DNA of 64,000 bases from positions 5,800 through 69,799 of the forward strand of contig JBJOPW010000004.1 of the NCBI GenBank assembly GCA_046050355.1, in the 5' to 3' direction. Position numbers and translations under genes: made by a program. The notes beneath the pieces were generated by a model. The model made no database searches. It worked only from the letters and a program-made list of their open reading frames with translations, and was not told the origin of the DNA. This document shows positions 43,401 to 53,766 of the stretch, piece by piece. Each line of letters opens with the position of its first letter. The stretch's first letter is position 1. This DNA is from Candidatus Parcubacteria bacterium. GTDB taxonomy: Bacteria; Patescibacteriota; Minisyncoccia; Phycocordibacterales; UBA918.

Positions 43401-45806
43401 CTATTGCTTAAGCAGTTCGACAGCGACTTCAAGGGTGATGTCTTCAGTCTTCATGTTATCGGGGATACTGATCCGTTTGAAACCCTTGCGGAAGTAGCGA
43501 CCAGACTTTGATTCGTAGAGGTTGATGAGCTTGCGGGTACGGGGATGGATACCAATTTGTTTGAGGAGCGTCTCTCCTTTACGACCTTGCTTTGGTTCTT
43601 TCAATATTTCAAGTGCGCGTTTGAAGGTGATGGTGTACGGGTCGTCATTGCCCTTCAGTGAACGAAAATCGCCGGCATGTGCAATATACGGACCATACTG
43701 ACCAGTATTTGCCATGACTGGCTCGCCAGTATCGGGATGTTGGCCGAGTTCGCGTGGCAGTATGAGATACTTTGTCGCCATCAGGAGGGTGACATCTTCC
43801 ATCTTCACACCAGTCGGTAAGCTTGCACGTTTTGGCGCAACCGCTTTTTTGCCCTTTACTTTTTCTGGGGTAGCACCGAGCTGGACATAGGGACCGTATT
43901 TGCCATTAAGCACATAGATGTCTTCACCGGTCTCGGGGTGTTTGCCAATTGGAGCCTCTGCCTTTAGCTCACTCCCGTCAATGAGGCGAGAGCCTTCACA
44001 ATCTGGGTACTGTTCACAAGAGAGGAAGGTGCCCGAGCGACCGAGCTTTATGACCATCCCAGCACCACAGGTTGGGCAGGGGAATTGCTTTGGGCCGGCG
44101 CCGAGGTTCGTGAGCTTCGGAATATCTTCTTTGGCGGCCACATCTTTACTAAATGGGGTGTAGAAATCCTTGAGGGTCTTTTCATACGTACGCTTGCCTT
44201 CGGCGATTTCGTCGAGCTCGTCTTCCATATCACTCGTGAAGGTGTCACTTATGTATTCGCCAAAGTATTGCTCGAGGAACGTAGATACGACATCACCGGT
44301 ATCAGTTGGGATGAGGGTGCGACCGTCTTTAGTGACGTAACCACGCTCGGTGATAGTGTTCATGATACTCGCGTATGTTGATGGACGACCGATACCACGC
44401 TTTTCTAGTTCTTTGATAAGACCAGCTTCGGTATAACGGTTTGGCGGTTGGGTTTGTTTGGCTTCGACCATAATGTCTGTCACGGTAAGTGCCGTACCAA
44501 TGGCGAGTTTTGGCACTTCGACATCCTCACCCCGCGAGGCGGTGTCTACTTTGAGCCACCCGTCAAAGGTGATACGGGCACCAGTGACCGCGAAGTCTGG
44601 AATAGTTTCTTTACCGGCAATATTCGCTACCACTTTGGTGCGAGCAAATAGGGCTTCACTCATTTGTGAACTTACGGTACGACGCCAAATGAGTTCATAA
44701 AGCGCCTTTTGGTCTTGGGTGAGACCAGCGCTTTTAACCGCGATGTTTGTCGGGCGAATTGCTTCGTGCGCTTCTTGGGCTGACTTACTCTTTGTCTTGT
44801 ACTGTCGGGGAGCGAGGTAGTCTTTACCGTACTCGGCGCTGATGTGCGCGATGATTTGCTTTTGCGCGACTTGGCTGATGGTTGTACTGTCGGTACGCAT
44901 GTACGTGATATGTCCCGCTTCATAGAGCTTCTGCGCCGCTCCCATCGTCCGTGATGGCGAAAAGCCCAGGCGAGTAGACGCCGCCTGTTGAATAGTTGAG
45001 GTCGTAAACGGCGCCCGTGGTGCACGACGAGCCTCGGTCTCTTTGAGATCGGTTACCGTCCAGGTACCTTTCTCGCCAACTTTTTTGATACGGTCCGCTT
45101 CAGCGCTTTCGGTTGGTTCGATACTACAGGTGAGCGGCAGCGTCATCTTACCTGCTTTGGCTTCGGTGGTGAGGACAAAAAAATCGTCTGGCACAAAGGC
45201 GCGGATCTCACGCTCACGCTCCATGATAATACGGAGGGCTGGCGACTGTACGCGACCAGCTGAGAGACCGTACCGTACCTTTTTCCAGATAAGACCAGAG
45301 AGGTCGTAGCCGACGAGACGATCAAGGACGCGACGGGCTTCCTGGGCTTCCTTGAGATTTTCGTCGATGGCACGTGGATGGGTGATCGCTTCCTTCACCG
45401 CCCCTTCAGTGATTTCGTGAAAGACGACTCGCTTGAGGTTTTTGTTTGCGCCTTTAATCAGTTCAGCCACATGCCAGGCAATGGCTTCTCCTTCACGGTC
45501 TGGGTCGGAGGCAAGGAGGACAAGGTCAGCAGCTTTCGCCGCTTTTTGGAGACCAGCAATCACTTTTTCTTTACCGGGCGAAATGATGTAGCGGGGGACA
45601 AAACCGGCTTCAATATCAACCGCATCCTTATTTGTTTTGGGTAAATCACGAACATGCCCAATCGAGGACATAACGGTGTAGCCTTTCCCGAGATATTTTT
45701 CAATGGTTTTGGCTTTGGCTGGTGACTCAACGATAACAAGGGTACTCATCCCGTTAGCGGCTTTTGGGGTTGTTGATGTCTTAGTTTTAGTCCCGGTTGT
45801 CGTCAT
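43401..45806 (-). CDS. topA: DNA topoisomerase I
   Basis: Toprim LVIVESPAKAKTIEKYLG, active-site Tyr region, and C-terminal zinc ribbons. 801 aa. Confidence 0.9.
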   Translation of the reverse strand: MTTTGTKTKTSTTPKAANGMSTLVIVESPAKAKTIEKYLGKGYTVMSSIGHVRDLPKTNKDAVDIEAGFVPRYIISPGKEKVIAGLQKAAKAADLVLLASDPDREGEAIAWHVAELIKGANKNLKRVVFHEITEGAVKEAITHPRAIDENLKEAQEARRVLDRLVGYDLSGLIWKKVRYGLSAGRVQSPALRIIMEREREIRAFVPDDFFVLTTEAKAGKMTLPLTCSIEPTESAEADRIKKVGEKGTWTVTDLKETEARRAPRAPFTTSTIQQAASTRLGFSPSRTMGAAQKLYEAGHITYMRTDSTTISQVAQKQIIAHISAEYGKDYLAPRQYKTKSKSAQEAHEAIRPTNIAVKSAGLTQDQKALYELIWRRTVSSQMSEALFARTKVVANIAGKETIPDFAVTGARITFDGWLKVDTASRGEDVEVPKLAIGTALTVTDIMVEAKQTQPPNRYTEAGLIKELEKRGIGRPSTYASIMNTITERGYVTKDGRTLIPTDTGDVVSTFLEQYFGEYISDTFTSDMEDELDEIAEGKRTYEKTLKDFYTPFSKDVAAKEDIPKLTNLGAGPKQFPCPTCGAGMVIKLGRSGTFLSCEQYPDCEGSRLIDGSELKAEAPIGKHPETGEDIYVLNGKYGPYVQLGATPEKVKGKKAVAPKRASLPTGVKMEDVTLLMATKYLILPRELGQHPDTGEPVMANTGQYGPYIAHAGDFRSLKGNDDPYTITFKRALEILKEPKQGRKGETLLKQIGIHPRTRKLINLYESKSGRYFRKGFKRISIPDNMKTEDITLEVAVELLKQ

Positions 45807-46067
45807 AATGTTTTTAATATACTTAAATCAATAGCTAAGCCTCTAACGGGGCTCATATATATGTGTGCCGTAACAAATACTAGGTTTCTACAGTTCTGTC
45901 AAATCTGTAGAACATTGCCAAAATGTCCGGATACGGCGTCACTGCTCGCTCGTCAATACTCACCGTATCATCAATACGGCTCGCATTTCCTTACTCGCGC
46001 TTCTTGTCTGCGAACATTTTTACAGCGTTCTAACGCGGATAAATTGACGTGGGGATAGTAGATAAGA

Positions 46068-47033
46068 TCAGAGATGAGTAAGTGGGGTATAGATACCCCC
46101 TTCGGCGTCAATATGACCTTCAAGTTCCACCTGCATGAGGACAATATTGGCGGCAGCCGTCGGGAGGTCAAGACGGGTGATAAGGGTGTCTCTGTCTGTT
46201 GGTTCCCTGAGGTGAGTAAGGACAAGTATAGCTTCGGGTGAGAGATCACTCTCGGCCGCAACTTTCGATTCCGTACTGGTTGGTTCGATATTGAGCGCAT
46301 CGAGAATATCCGCCGCCGAGGTCACCGGTGTCGCGCCGAGTCTAAGGAATTGGTGACACCCCCGTGAGGTGGGTGAGAAGATACTACCAGGTACCACGAG
46401 GAGTTCGCGATTGTAGTCTACGGCCATGCGAGCGGTGATGAGGGTACCAGACTTTTCACCTGCTTCAATGAGGAGGGTGGCTCTACATATACCAGCCATG
46501 ATGCGGTTCCGTTGCGGGAAGGTCCACTGTGCCGCCTGAGTATCAGGGGCAAGCTCAGAGAGAAGTCCGCCACCAGCATCGATAATCCGCCGGGCCAAGC
46601 GACGATTGGTCGCTGGGTAGATAACTCGTTCGCCAAGGCCACTGCCAGGGACCGCCAGGGTATAGAGTCCGGCCTTGAGAGCTGCCTCATGGGCAAGCGC
46701 ATCAATGCCAAGTGCGAGGCCAGAAACGATACCAATAGGGTAGCCAGCGAGACCGCCAATCAATTGCTCCACTGCCTGTTTGCCGTAGGTAGTGTATTGA
46801 CGAGAGCCAACAACAGCGAGAAGAGCAAGATCGGATGGTGGGAGATTGCCTTCGGCCCAGAGGGTCTTCGGTGGTTGGGGGATTTCCGCCAAAAGAGCCG
46901 GGAACTCGTCCCGTAGTAACTGCCGTAATGGCAAGGTACTCATAGAAAAATTGTAGCATAGAGCGTAGCTATTTTGACAGCATTTAAAAAATGTGGCAAT
47001 ATAAAGAAAGATGCAACAAGCGCTTACGCGCAA
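46068..47033 (-). CDS. dprA: DNA processing protein DprA (Smf)
   Basis: GLALGIDALAHEAALKAG and the Rossmann-like DprA core. Confidence 0.85.
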   Translation of the reverse strand: MRVSACCIFLYIATFFKCCQNSYALCYNFSMSTLPLRQLLRDEFPALLAEIPQPPKTLWAEGNLPPSDLALLAVVGSRQYTTYGKQAVEQLIGGLAGYPIGIVSGLALGIDALAHEAALKAGLYTLAVPGSGLGERVIYPATNRRLARRIIDAGGGLLSELAPDTQAAQWTFPQRNRIMAGICRATLLIEAGEKSGTLITARMAVDYNRELLVVPGSIFSPTSRGCHQFLRLGATPVTSAADILDALNIEPTSTESKVAAESDLSPEAILVLTHLREPTDRDTLITRLDLPTAAANIVLMQVELEGHIDAEGGIYTPLTHL

Positions 47034-47050
47034 AACACGGAGGCAGTTCT

Positions 47051-47419
47051 ATGCAGCGTATGCTTTCGGCCGTGATGGCCTTTTTTTTGCTGGTTCCCAT
47101 GCCGGCCCAGGCTGAAAAGTCGGTTTGGCAAGGTCCGCACCTGAGCTATGGTGTGCCGATACAAACCGGCAGTCATGACTTCACCCTCAGTCACAAGGAC
47201 TGGGGTGAGTATGTGGTCTGGACCCTGCCACTTTCTGGGCAAGGCGCGGTCGGCGAGCTTGGATACCGCTGGCAGCTTGGAAATTCGGCCCTGACGACTG
47301 CGCTTACCGCGAGGTGTATCGGGGCGTGGTCGGGGAGCTTGCCACGGGAGAAGTGTACGTCAACCTCTCAATCGGCTATCAGTTCTGACGTTTGTCCGTA
47401 CCGCTTGGAGGGCCCTTAA
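47051..47419 (+). CDS. Hypothetical secreted protein
   Basis: Signal peptide MQRMLSAVMAFFLLVPMPAQA. Confidence 0.3.
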   Translation: MQRMLSAVMAFFLLVPMPAQAEKSVWQGPHLSYGVPIQTGSHDFTLSHKDWGEYVVWTLPLSGQGAVGELGYRWQLGNSALTTALTARCIGAWSGSLPREKCTSTSQSAISSDVCPYRLEGP

Positions 47420-47497
47420 GTATCTTTGGGGCCCTTTTCTTTATCTATTGTGAAAGTCGTGTATAATTTTTTCACATTATTTAGTTAAGAACGCACC

Positions 47498-48760
47498 ATG
47501 CTCGATATCAAATTCATACGTGAGAACCTTGACCTCGTCAAAGCCGCTGCTATCAAAAAGAAAATCAAAGTCGACCTCGACCGACTGGTCGTTCTTGATG
47601 ATAGTCGTCGGTCTTTGATGACGAGTATCGAGGGTAAAAAAGCCGAGCAAAACCGTGTGTCTGACGAAATCGCCAAGGCCAGCGATACGAGCGTGCGTGA
47701 ACCTCTCATTGCCTCAATGCAGACGGTGAAGGCCGCTATCCAGGCTGAGGAAGAAGCGTTGAAGCCGGTCCTTGATGAGTGGAAGGCCTTGATGCTCCAG
47801 GTGCCAAATATTCCCGATATGACCGTCCCTGATGGAGAGAGTGATGCCGATAATGTTGAGGTGCGGACCTGGGGCGAACAGACCAAATTCCCATTTGCGG
47901 CAAAAGACCATATCGAACTCATGCTCGCGCACAAGATGGTTGATTTTGAGCGGGGGGCGAAAGTCCACGGCTTCCGTGGGTACTACATGCTTGGCGATGG
48001 AGCGCGACTGATGTGGGCGATTTGGAACTATGCGAATGATTTCTTTGGTGCTCGTGATTTCGTGCAGATGTTGCCACCAACCATTGTCCGCAAGCAAAAC
48101 CTCTATGGTACCGGACATCTCCCGAACGACGCCGACGACGTCTTCCGGACCCAAGATGATGACTACCTGATTGGTACGAGTGAAGTATCGGGCATGGGCT
48201 TTTATAGTGACGAAGTACTTGATAAGAGTGAACTACCGGTCAAGTTCCTCGCTTTCTCACCGTGTTATCGTCGCGAGGCGGGGAGTCACAGTAAAGACGT
48301 GAAAGGACTCATTCGTGTGCATGAATTTTATAAAGTAGAGCAGATTGTCCTCTGTGAAGCCTCACACGAAGAAAGTGTGAAATGGCACGAAGAAATCACG
48401 AAGAACACCGAAGACTTTATGCAATCTCTTGGTATCCCGTACCATGTTGTACTCAACTGTGGGGCTGATATCGGCCAGGGGCAGGTGAAGAAGTATGATA
48501 TCGAAGCGTGGGTACCAAAAGAAGGCAAGTACCGCGAGACGCACTCGGCTTCGTACTTCCACGACTTCCAGACCCGTCGCTTTAATATCCGCTACAAGGA
48601 TACTGACGGGATTGTGCGCTACGCTCACTCACTCAATAACACCGCGGTGGCAGCACCTCGTATTCTGGTCTCACTCGTCGAGAACCTGCAGCAAGCAGAC
48701 GGATCAATCAAGATTCCTGATGTGCTGATACCGTACTTCGGCAAGTCCAAAATCGGGTAG
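47498..48760 (+). CDS. serS: Seryl-tRNA synthetase
   Basis: N-terminal coiled coil and class II motifs (FRxE, GLIRVHEF). 420 aa. Confidence 0.9.
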   Translation: MLDIKFIRENLDLVKAAAIKKKIKVDLDRLVVLDDSRRSLMTSIEGKKAEQNRVSDEIAKASDTSVREPLIASMQTVKAAIQAEEEALKPVLDEWKALMLQVPNIPDMTVPDGESDADNVEVRTWGEQTKFPFAAKDHIELMLAHKMVDFERGAKVHGFRGYYMLGDGARLMWAIWNYANDFFGARDFVQMLPPTIVRKQNLYGTGHLPNDADDVFRTQDDDYLIGTSEVSGMGFYSDEVLDKSELPVKFLAFSPCYRREAGSHSKDVKGLIRVHEFYKVEQIVLCEASHEESVKWHEEITKNTEDFMQSLGIPYHVVLNCGADIGQGQVKKYDIEAWVPKEGKYRETHSASYFHDFQTRRFNIRYKDTDGIVRYAHSLNNTAVAAPRILVSLVENLQQADGSIKIPDVLIPYFGKSKIG

Positions 48761-48778
48761 AGCTTCTATCAGGTATAT

Positions 48779-48816
48779 CTCGGGGTTGGACCCCTAGTTA
48801 GGGGTCCAACCCCGAG
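48779..48816 (+). terminator. Perfect 16-bp palindromic hairpin after serS, with a second hairpin just downstream
   Basis: ctcggggttggacccc-tagtta-ggggtccaaccccgag. Confidence 0.5.
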
Positions 48817-48911
48817 ATGCATTGGCAGAAATAAATGTAAGGGGTCAGACCCCTTACTTATAGCTACAAACCGCCTTCAGGAGTATTGCTTCCGGGGCGG
48901 TTTGCCCGTTT

Positions 48912-49889
48912 TTGATATGCTACACTACCACCATGTTTAAGCAGAAGTCTCCGGTTAAAAAGAAGTTTGCCCAACCACTAAAAGCGAAGAAACCCCGTCG
49001 ACAATGGGATCCGCGTACCCGTGCGATTTTGCGGCAGATTATCATCGGTCTTGGTATCTTGACCATGATTGGACTTCTGGTCACCGCGGTGTGGTACGGT
49101 ACACGGGTACAGTTTTTGACCATCACCACAGTCACGGTCGGGGGTGGAGAAACTATCAATCACGAGACAGTCAAAAAAGCTGTAGAGGAAGTGCTCCTCG
49201 GCGACTATGTCGGTCTCGTGCCACGACGCTTTGCGTGGACGTATCCTCACGAGGAGATACTGAAGCGCGTGGTAGAGATTCCACGACTCAAAGATCCGAT
49301 ACTCAAACGCGTGAGTGGTACCGAACTCCACCTCAATTTCAGTGAATATATTCCCCACGCACTCTGGTGCAAAGGACGAGGGAGTGATGATTGTTACTTT
49401 ATTGATAGTACTGGCTACGCTTTCACCAAAGCCCCCAAGCTCGACGGTGGAACGTTGCCCCGTTTTCATACGATTGGTACAGATGCTACAGAGCGCACAA
49501 TGATGATTCCGACCGAAGATCTCCGTGCTATCGAGGTGATGCGCGAAGCCTTGCGTGAAGAACTCGATTTTCCGATTGCTTTTGTAGAAACAGATATGGT
49601 GCGTGACGTATTTTTAGGTCTGGCGGGCGGTGGTGAGATTAAGGCGACTTTGCGCATGACTCCAGAGGAGACTGTCTCAAATCTCAAGAGTATCCTCGCT
49701 TCGAAAGAATTTTCTGATATCAAATCGGGTAGTTTTCAATACATTGACCTTCGTTTCGGGAACAAAGTATTTATTAACGAAGAAGCACCAGGAAGTAGAG
49801 CGACCACTACCGCCACGAGTAGTGACTCCGTCAGTGAAATGACAGAGCCGGCAAATGAGGGAAGTGCCGATACCACTGATGATGCCTAA
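48912..49889 (+). CDS. FtsQ/DivIB-like cell-division protein (single TM helix plus POTRA-like domain)
   Basis: Basic N-terminus, one TM helix, and an extracytoplasmic domain. Family-level call. Confidence 0.5.
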   Translation: MICYTTTMFKQKSPVKKKFAQPLKAKKPRRQWDPRTRAILRQIIIGLGILTMIGLLVTAVWYGTRVQFLTITTVTVGGGETINHETVKKAVEEVLLGDYVGLVPRRFAWTYPHEEILKRVVEIPRLKDPILKRVSGTELHLNFSEYIPHALWCKGRGSDDCYFIDSTGYAFTKAPKLDGGTLPRFHTIGTDATERTMMIPTEDLRAIEVMREALREELDFPIAFVETDMVRDVFLGLAGGGEIKATLRMTPEETVSNLKSILASKEFSDIKSGSFQYIDLRFGNKVFINEEAPGSRATTTATSSDSVSEMTEPANEGSADTTDDA

Positions 49890-49929
49890 AATGGAACACC
49901 CGCCTGTCGGAGGATGTTCCGAGGCGGGT

Positions 49930-50253
49930 TTAGATTGGCCGGACATACAGAGTCAGATATATTGCCCGACAGACAGCGAGTGCTCGTTCCTGGCTGATGA
50001 CGCCAATTAGTCCGCTAACTGCAATGATACCGATTGCAAAAGTAGCCAATGAATAGAATTCCCCCAACCAGAGCAAAGCTTCGGCATTGATGAGGAGGAA
50101 GATAATAATAAAGGGCGATTTAATGGCCCAACCTAAGAATAATGTCAGTACAACTGTCTCAAAGAGACGCGTCGATTCAGTTGTTTGTTGCATGTTCCAC
50201 CTTGAGCTTTTTATACTATCGTGTACAGTACAACAATTATGAATTTCTGGCAA
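49930..50253 (-). CDS. Small hypothetical membrane protein
   Basis: 107 aa with three predicted TM helices. Confidence 0.3.
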   Translation of the reverse strand: MPEIHNCCTVHDSIKSSRWNMQQTTESTRLFETVVLTLFLGWAIKSPFIIIFLLINAEALLWLGEFYSLATFAIGIIAVSGLIGVISQERALAVCRAIYLTLYVRPI

Positions 50254-51330
50254 CGGTTCCCAACGCCATTTCTTGCTATCGCCCCGATGGCGGATGTGAC
50301 CGATGCTGCCTTTCGCCAGATGATAGCGAAGTACTCACGCCATGCCCGCGCGGATGGTACAGAAGGTGGTGCCGATATCACCTGGACTGAGTTTGTGGCG
50401 GCCGATGGCCTCGTCCGTGCTACCCCGGAGGGTAAGGTAAAACTGATGGCTGACCTCATTTACAGTGAGGAAGAACGACCGATTATCGCGCAGTTATTTA
50501 CCCGGCACCCTGAGCACATGGAGTATGCCGCTCGTCTCTGTCTTCAACTTGGGTTTGACGGGATTGATATCAATATGGGCTGTCCGGCAGGGGCAATCAT
50601 TGACCAGGGCTGTGGCGCTGCGATGATTAAAACCCCAGATATCGCTCGCGCCGTTATCCAGGCAGCGAAGCGGGGAGCAAAGAGCGACGAGGGCGGTATC
50701 CCCGTCTCGGTGAAGACCCGTCTCGGGTACAATACCGATCAAGTCGAAGACTGGATACCAGTAATCCTTAGTGAAAAGCCTGCGGCACTCACGGTCCATG
50801 CTCGTACCCGCAAAGAGATGAGTAAGGTCCCTGCCCGGTGGGAACGTCTCAAGCGTGTGGTCGAACTCCGCAATGAACTGTCGCCTGAGACCAAAATCAT
50901 CGGTAATGGTGATGTTCTCTCCGCTGCAGATGGTCGTGCGAAAGCCATCGAATACGGCCTTGATGGCGCGATGGTGGGGCGAGCGCTCTTTGGCAATCCG
51001 TGGTTCTTCCATCCCACTCGTCGCCTCCCGACTCGTCTCACGGCCTTGCCAACGCATGGGGTCAATCGCGATACCATAATGACCACGGATACCAGTGCGG
51101 CGGATATCGAATACATCAGTATCGAAGAGCGCCTCCGCGTGCTCGTTGAGCACACAAAGCTCTTTGTCGAGCTCTTACCGTTCAAGAACTTCGCCGTCAT
51201 GAAAAAACACTACAAAGCCTATGTCGGCGGCTGGCATGGTGCCGCTGAACTCCGTCACCTCCTCATGGAGCAGGACACACCCGAGGCGGTTGCCCGGGTG
51301 GTAGATGAGTACCTTGCGTCCCAGAAATAG
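50221..51330 (+). CDS. dus: tRNA-dihydrouridine synthase
   Basis: APMADVTDAAFR ... DINMGCPAG ... catalytic Cys; TIM-barrel Dus family. Confidence 0.85.
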   Translation: MYSTTIMNFWQRFPTPFLAIAPMADVTDAAFRQMIAKYSRHARADGTEGGADITWTEFVAADGLVRATPEGKVKLMADLIYSEEERPIIAQLFTRHPEHMEYAARLCLQLGFDGIDINMGCPAGAIIDQGCGAAMIKTPDIARAVIQAAKRGAKSDEGGIPVSVKTRLGYNTDQVEDWIPVILSEKPAALTVHARTRKEMSKVPARWERLKRVVELRNELSPETKIIGNGDVLSAADGRAKAIEYGLDGAMVGRALFGNPWFFHPTRRLPTRLTALPTHGVNRDTIMTTDTSAADIEYISIEERLRVLVEHTKLFVELLPFKNFAVMKKHYKAYVGGWHGAAELRHLLMEQDTPEAVARVVDEYLASQK

Positions 51331-51378
51331 AGGCGTATAGTATTTTGTAGTCAAAAACACCAACAGTGGGGGTAGTAC

Positions 51379-51939
51379 ATGAGCAGGTTCTTTCCGCCGT
51401 CAGAATACGTGCAGGAGATGGTGGGTGTCTTTAACTTGACGCTGACATCCAAACAGTTGGACGATTACTGCGCCGCTGTGATGATGATTCAGAGTGCAGA
51501 CAAAAATTCAGTCGATCTCGTTTGCCTTCATAAGACACTATGTGCTCGCGAATCAACAGCCGGTCAATACCGTACAGGTACGTTGTTCTCGTTACGTGGT
51601 AGCATGATGGTCAAGCGTCCGTACCCGCGTGCAACCGCAGTCAGTCAGCTTCTCTTCAGTTTCCGCCAGGCATACAAACGAGCCTTGCGTGGAGAAATTC
51701 CTGAAGAAGTTGTGAATATCGAGGCGTTGGCGTGGCAAGTCGCAGCCACGGGACGGTGTATCCATCCGTTTTCTGTCGGGAACACCCGACTTTTCACCTT
51801 GATCGAAAACCATATCAGGCAAGCACATGGTCTGCCGTGGCGAATCGATTTCTGTGAGAAAGAAAAATTCGATGCCTTCCGTCGACTCTACATCATTCGT
51901 CATAAGGAGTTCTATGGAGAAATCGCGGGCGCCCCCTAG
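51379..51939 (+). CDS. Fic/DOC-family protein
   Basis: HPFSVGNTR matches the Fic core motif HPFx[DE]GNGR. Confidence 0.6.
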   Translation: MSRFFPPSEYVQEMVGVFNLTLTSKQLDDYCAAVMMIQSADKNSVDLVCLHKTLCARESTAGQYRTGTLFSLRGSMMVKRPYPRATAVSQLLFSFRQAYKRALRGEIPEEVVNIEALAWQVAATGRCIHPFSVGNTRLFTLIENHIRQAHGLPWRIDFCEKEKFDAFRRLYIIRHKEFYGEIAGAP

Positions 51940-51996
51940 GCGCCCGTTTCTGTGTATTGCGAGCGGGGCGACTGAGCTACGTCCTGTACAATAGAT

Positions 51997-52290
51997 ATGA
52001 TGAACGAAGTACTACACGCTAACATTTTCTTTATCATTGCGAGTGTGGCCACGGTTGCTTTTGCAATCATGGTCTGTATTGCTCTGTACTATGTGATCAA
52101 AATCCTCGCTTCAGTACAAGCGATTGTAGCTCGAGTCGAAGAGGGGAGCGATGTCATTGCTGAAGATGTTGCTGCTATGCGCGAATTTGTCAAAGGCGGT
52201 GGTCTCGTTTCGTCACTAGTAAGTTTTGTATCAGGAAAGCCGCGCTCGCATAGACGAGCGAGACGCGCAAAAGATGCAACAGAGGACTAA
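51997..52290 (+). CDS. Small hypothetical membrane protein
   Basis: 97 aa with one TM helix. Confidence 0.3.
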   Translation: MMNEVLHANIFFIIASVATVAFAIMVCIALYYVIKILASVQAIVARVEEGSDVIAEDVAAMREFVKGGGLVSSLVSFVSGKPRSHRRARRAKDATED

Positions 52291-52308
52291 TGGTATAATC
52301 TATTTCAT

Positions 52309-52770
52309 ATGGCAGTAAAGAAAAATAATGGTTTGAGTGATAAAGAAAAAATGAGCATTGGCGTGGGACTAACAGCCGCAGCGGTGGCAGCAGCTGGCGC
52401 GTACTTTCTCGCTGGGAGTAAAAAGGCTGCCCAAAATCGCAAGGCGGTAAAAAGTTGGATGCTTAAAGCTAAAGCCGAAGTGCTTGAAGGACTCGAGAAG
52501 GCGCAAGAAATGTCTCAAAAGGAGTACGAAGCGTTGATTGAACAAGTAGGAGCAGCCTATACGCAAGTCCAAAGTGCCTCAAAGGCCGATCTCTCAGGAT
52601 TCAAAAAAGAAATGAAAGACCATTGGCAGAAGATTGCCAAAGCAGCCGCACCAAAGAAGAAGTCAGTTAAGAAAGTAGTAGCGACCAAGGCTGCCGCCGC
52701 TGCGACCAAGGCAGCGACGAAGGCGGTCGCTAAGAAGGTAGCGAAGGTCGCCAAAAAAGCGGCAAAGTAG
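52309..52770 (+). CDS. Histone H1-like Lys/Ala-rich DNA-binding protein (putative)
   Basis: C-terminal AKK/KAA repeats (KKAAK...KVAKKAAK) typical of H1/HC1-like bacterial proteins. Confidence 0.45.
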   Translation: MAVKKNNGLSDKEKMSIGVGLTAAAVAAAGAYFLAGSKKAAQNRKAVKSWMLKAKAEVLEGLEKAQEMSQKEYEALIEQVGAAYTQVQSASKADLSGFKKEMKDHWQKIAKAAAPKKKSVKKVVATKAAAAATKAATKAVAKKVAKVAKKAAK

Positions 52771-52853
52771 GGGACTACGAGTCAAAACACAAAACACCAC
52801 TTGGGGTCTACCGACCGTTGGTGGTGTTTTGATTTGGTACTATAGAGAGAGTC

Positions 52854-53756
52854 ATGCAGAAAGCCGTTTTTGTACACATTTTTGTTTGGTGTCTGTTTGT
52901 GACCATAATTATGGGTTTTTTGGTCTGGTCTGTTGGTTCGGTGACGGCCACCAATCGTGAGATTTCTGCAATTTACCAGTATGTAATCACTCCGACAGCA
53001 CCAGTGCCGGGTGTTGCTGGCTACATTGTCCTCGATGAAGAAACAGGTGAGGTATTGCTCTCTCTGGCACCTGATGTAGCGCGGCCAACTGCTTCGGTGG
53101 TAAAGCTTGTCGTAGCGGCCGCGGCGCTACGGTCTGGGCTCCTTGAGGCTACTACCACCATCACCAGCAGTGATGTAGCTGCTCCCGAAGATTTTGGCAA
53201 ACTTACGGTGGGGGAGGTGTACACCCTCCGTGAACTCCTCTTTCCGTATCTGATGGAATCTTCCAATGATGCCGGAGCGGTGATTGAGCGCACCTGGGGT
53301 GAGGAGCTTTCACCAATCATCGCCGAGGTACTTGCAGCGGCTGGTGTGAGTCACTCGATCACGGCAGCTGACTTTAATGGACTCCGTCACGAAACTACTG
53401 CCACGCCGGCAGCGCTTGCCCGCCTGACCAAGTCACTTGTCAAGATCACACCAACCGTTTTTGATATCACAACACTTCCACAGTATCTTGGTCACCAGCC
53501 ACTCGTGAATAATAGTCCGTTTATTGGAGCTAGTGACTATGAGGGTGGTAAACACGGTTATACACCTGAGGCGGGGAAGACCGCCGTGGTTCGTTTCCGC
53601 ACCACTTATCCTGATGGCGAGCGAACTCTCATCGCTGTTCTGCTTGGGGCCGAGGATAGTAAGATCGCACTTGAAGCAATGAAGACAGTGCTCCGTGAGT
53701 CGGTTGCCCGCATTCCCCAGAGTACTGAAGATTCTGTTATAATACCTGCGACTTAA
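52854..53756 (+). CDS. Serine-type D-Ala-D-Ala carboxypeptidase (peptidase S11 / PBP5-like)
   Basis: SxxK (ASVVK), SxN (ESSND) and KTG-like (KHG) motifs; N-terminal TM/signal. Confidence 0.7.
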   Translation: MQKAVFVHIFVWCLFVTIIMGFLVWSVGSVTATNREISAIYQYVITPTAPVPGVAGYIVLDEETGEVLLSLAPDVARPTASVVKLVVAAAALRSGLLEATTTITSSDVAAPEDFGKLTVGEVYTLRELLFPYLMESSNDAGAVIERTWGEELSPIIAEVLAAAGVSHSITAADFNGLRHETTATPAALARLTKSLVKITPTVFDITTLPQYLGHQPLVNNSPFIGASDYEGGKHGYTPEAGKTAVVRFRTTYPDGERTLIAVLLGAEDSKIALEAMKTVLRESVARIPQSTEDSVIIPAT

Positions 53757-53766
53757 TATAAGAATT

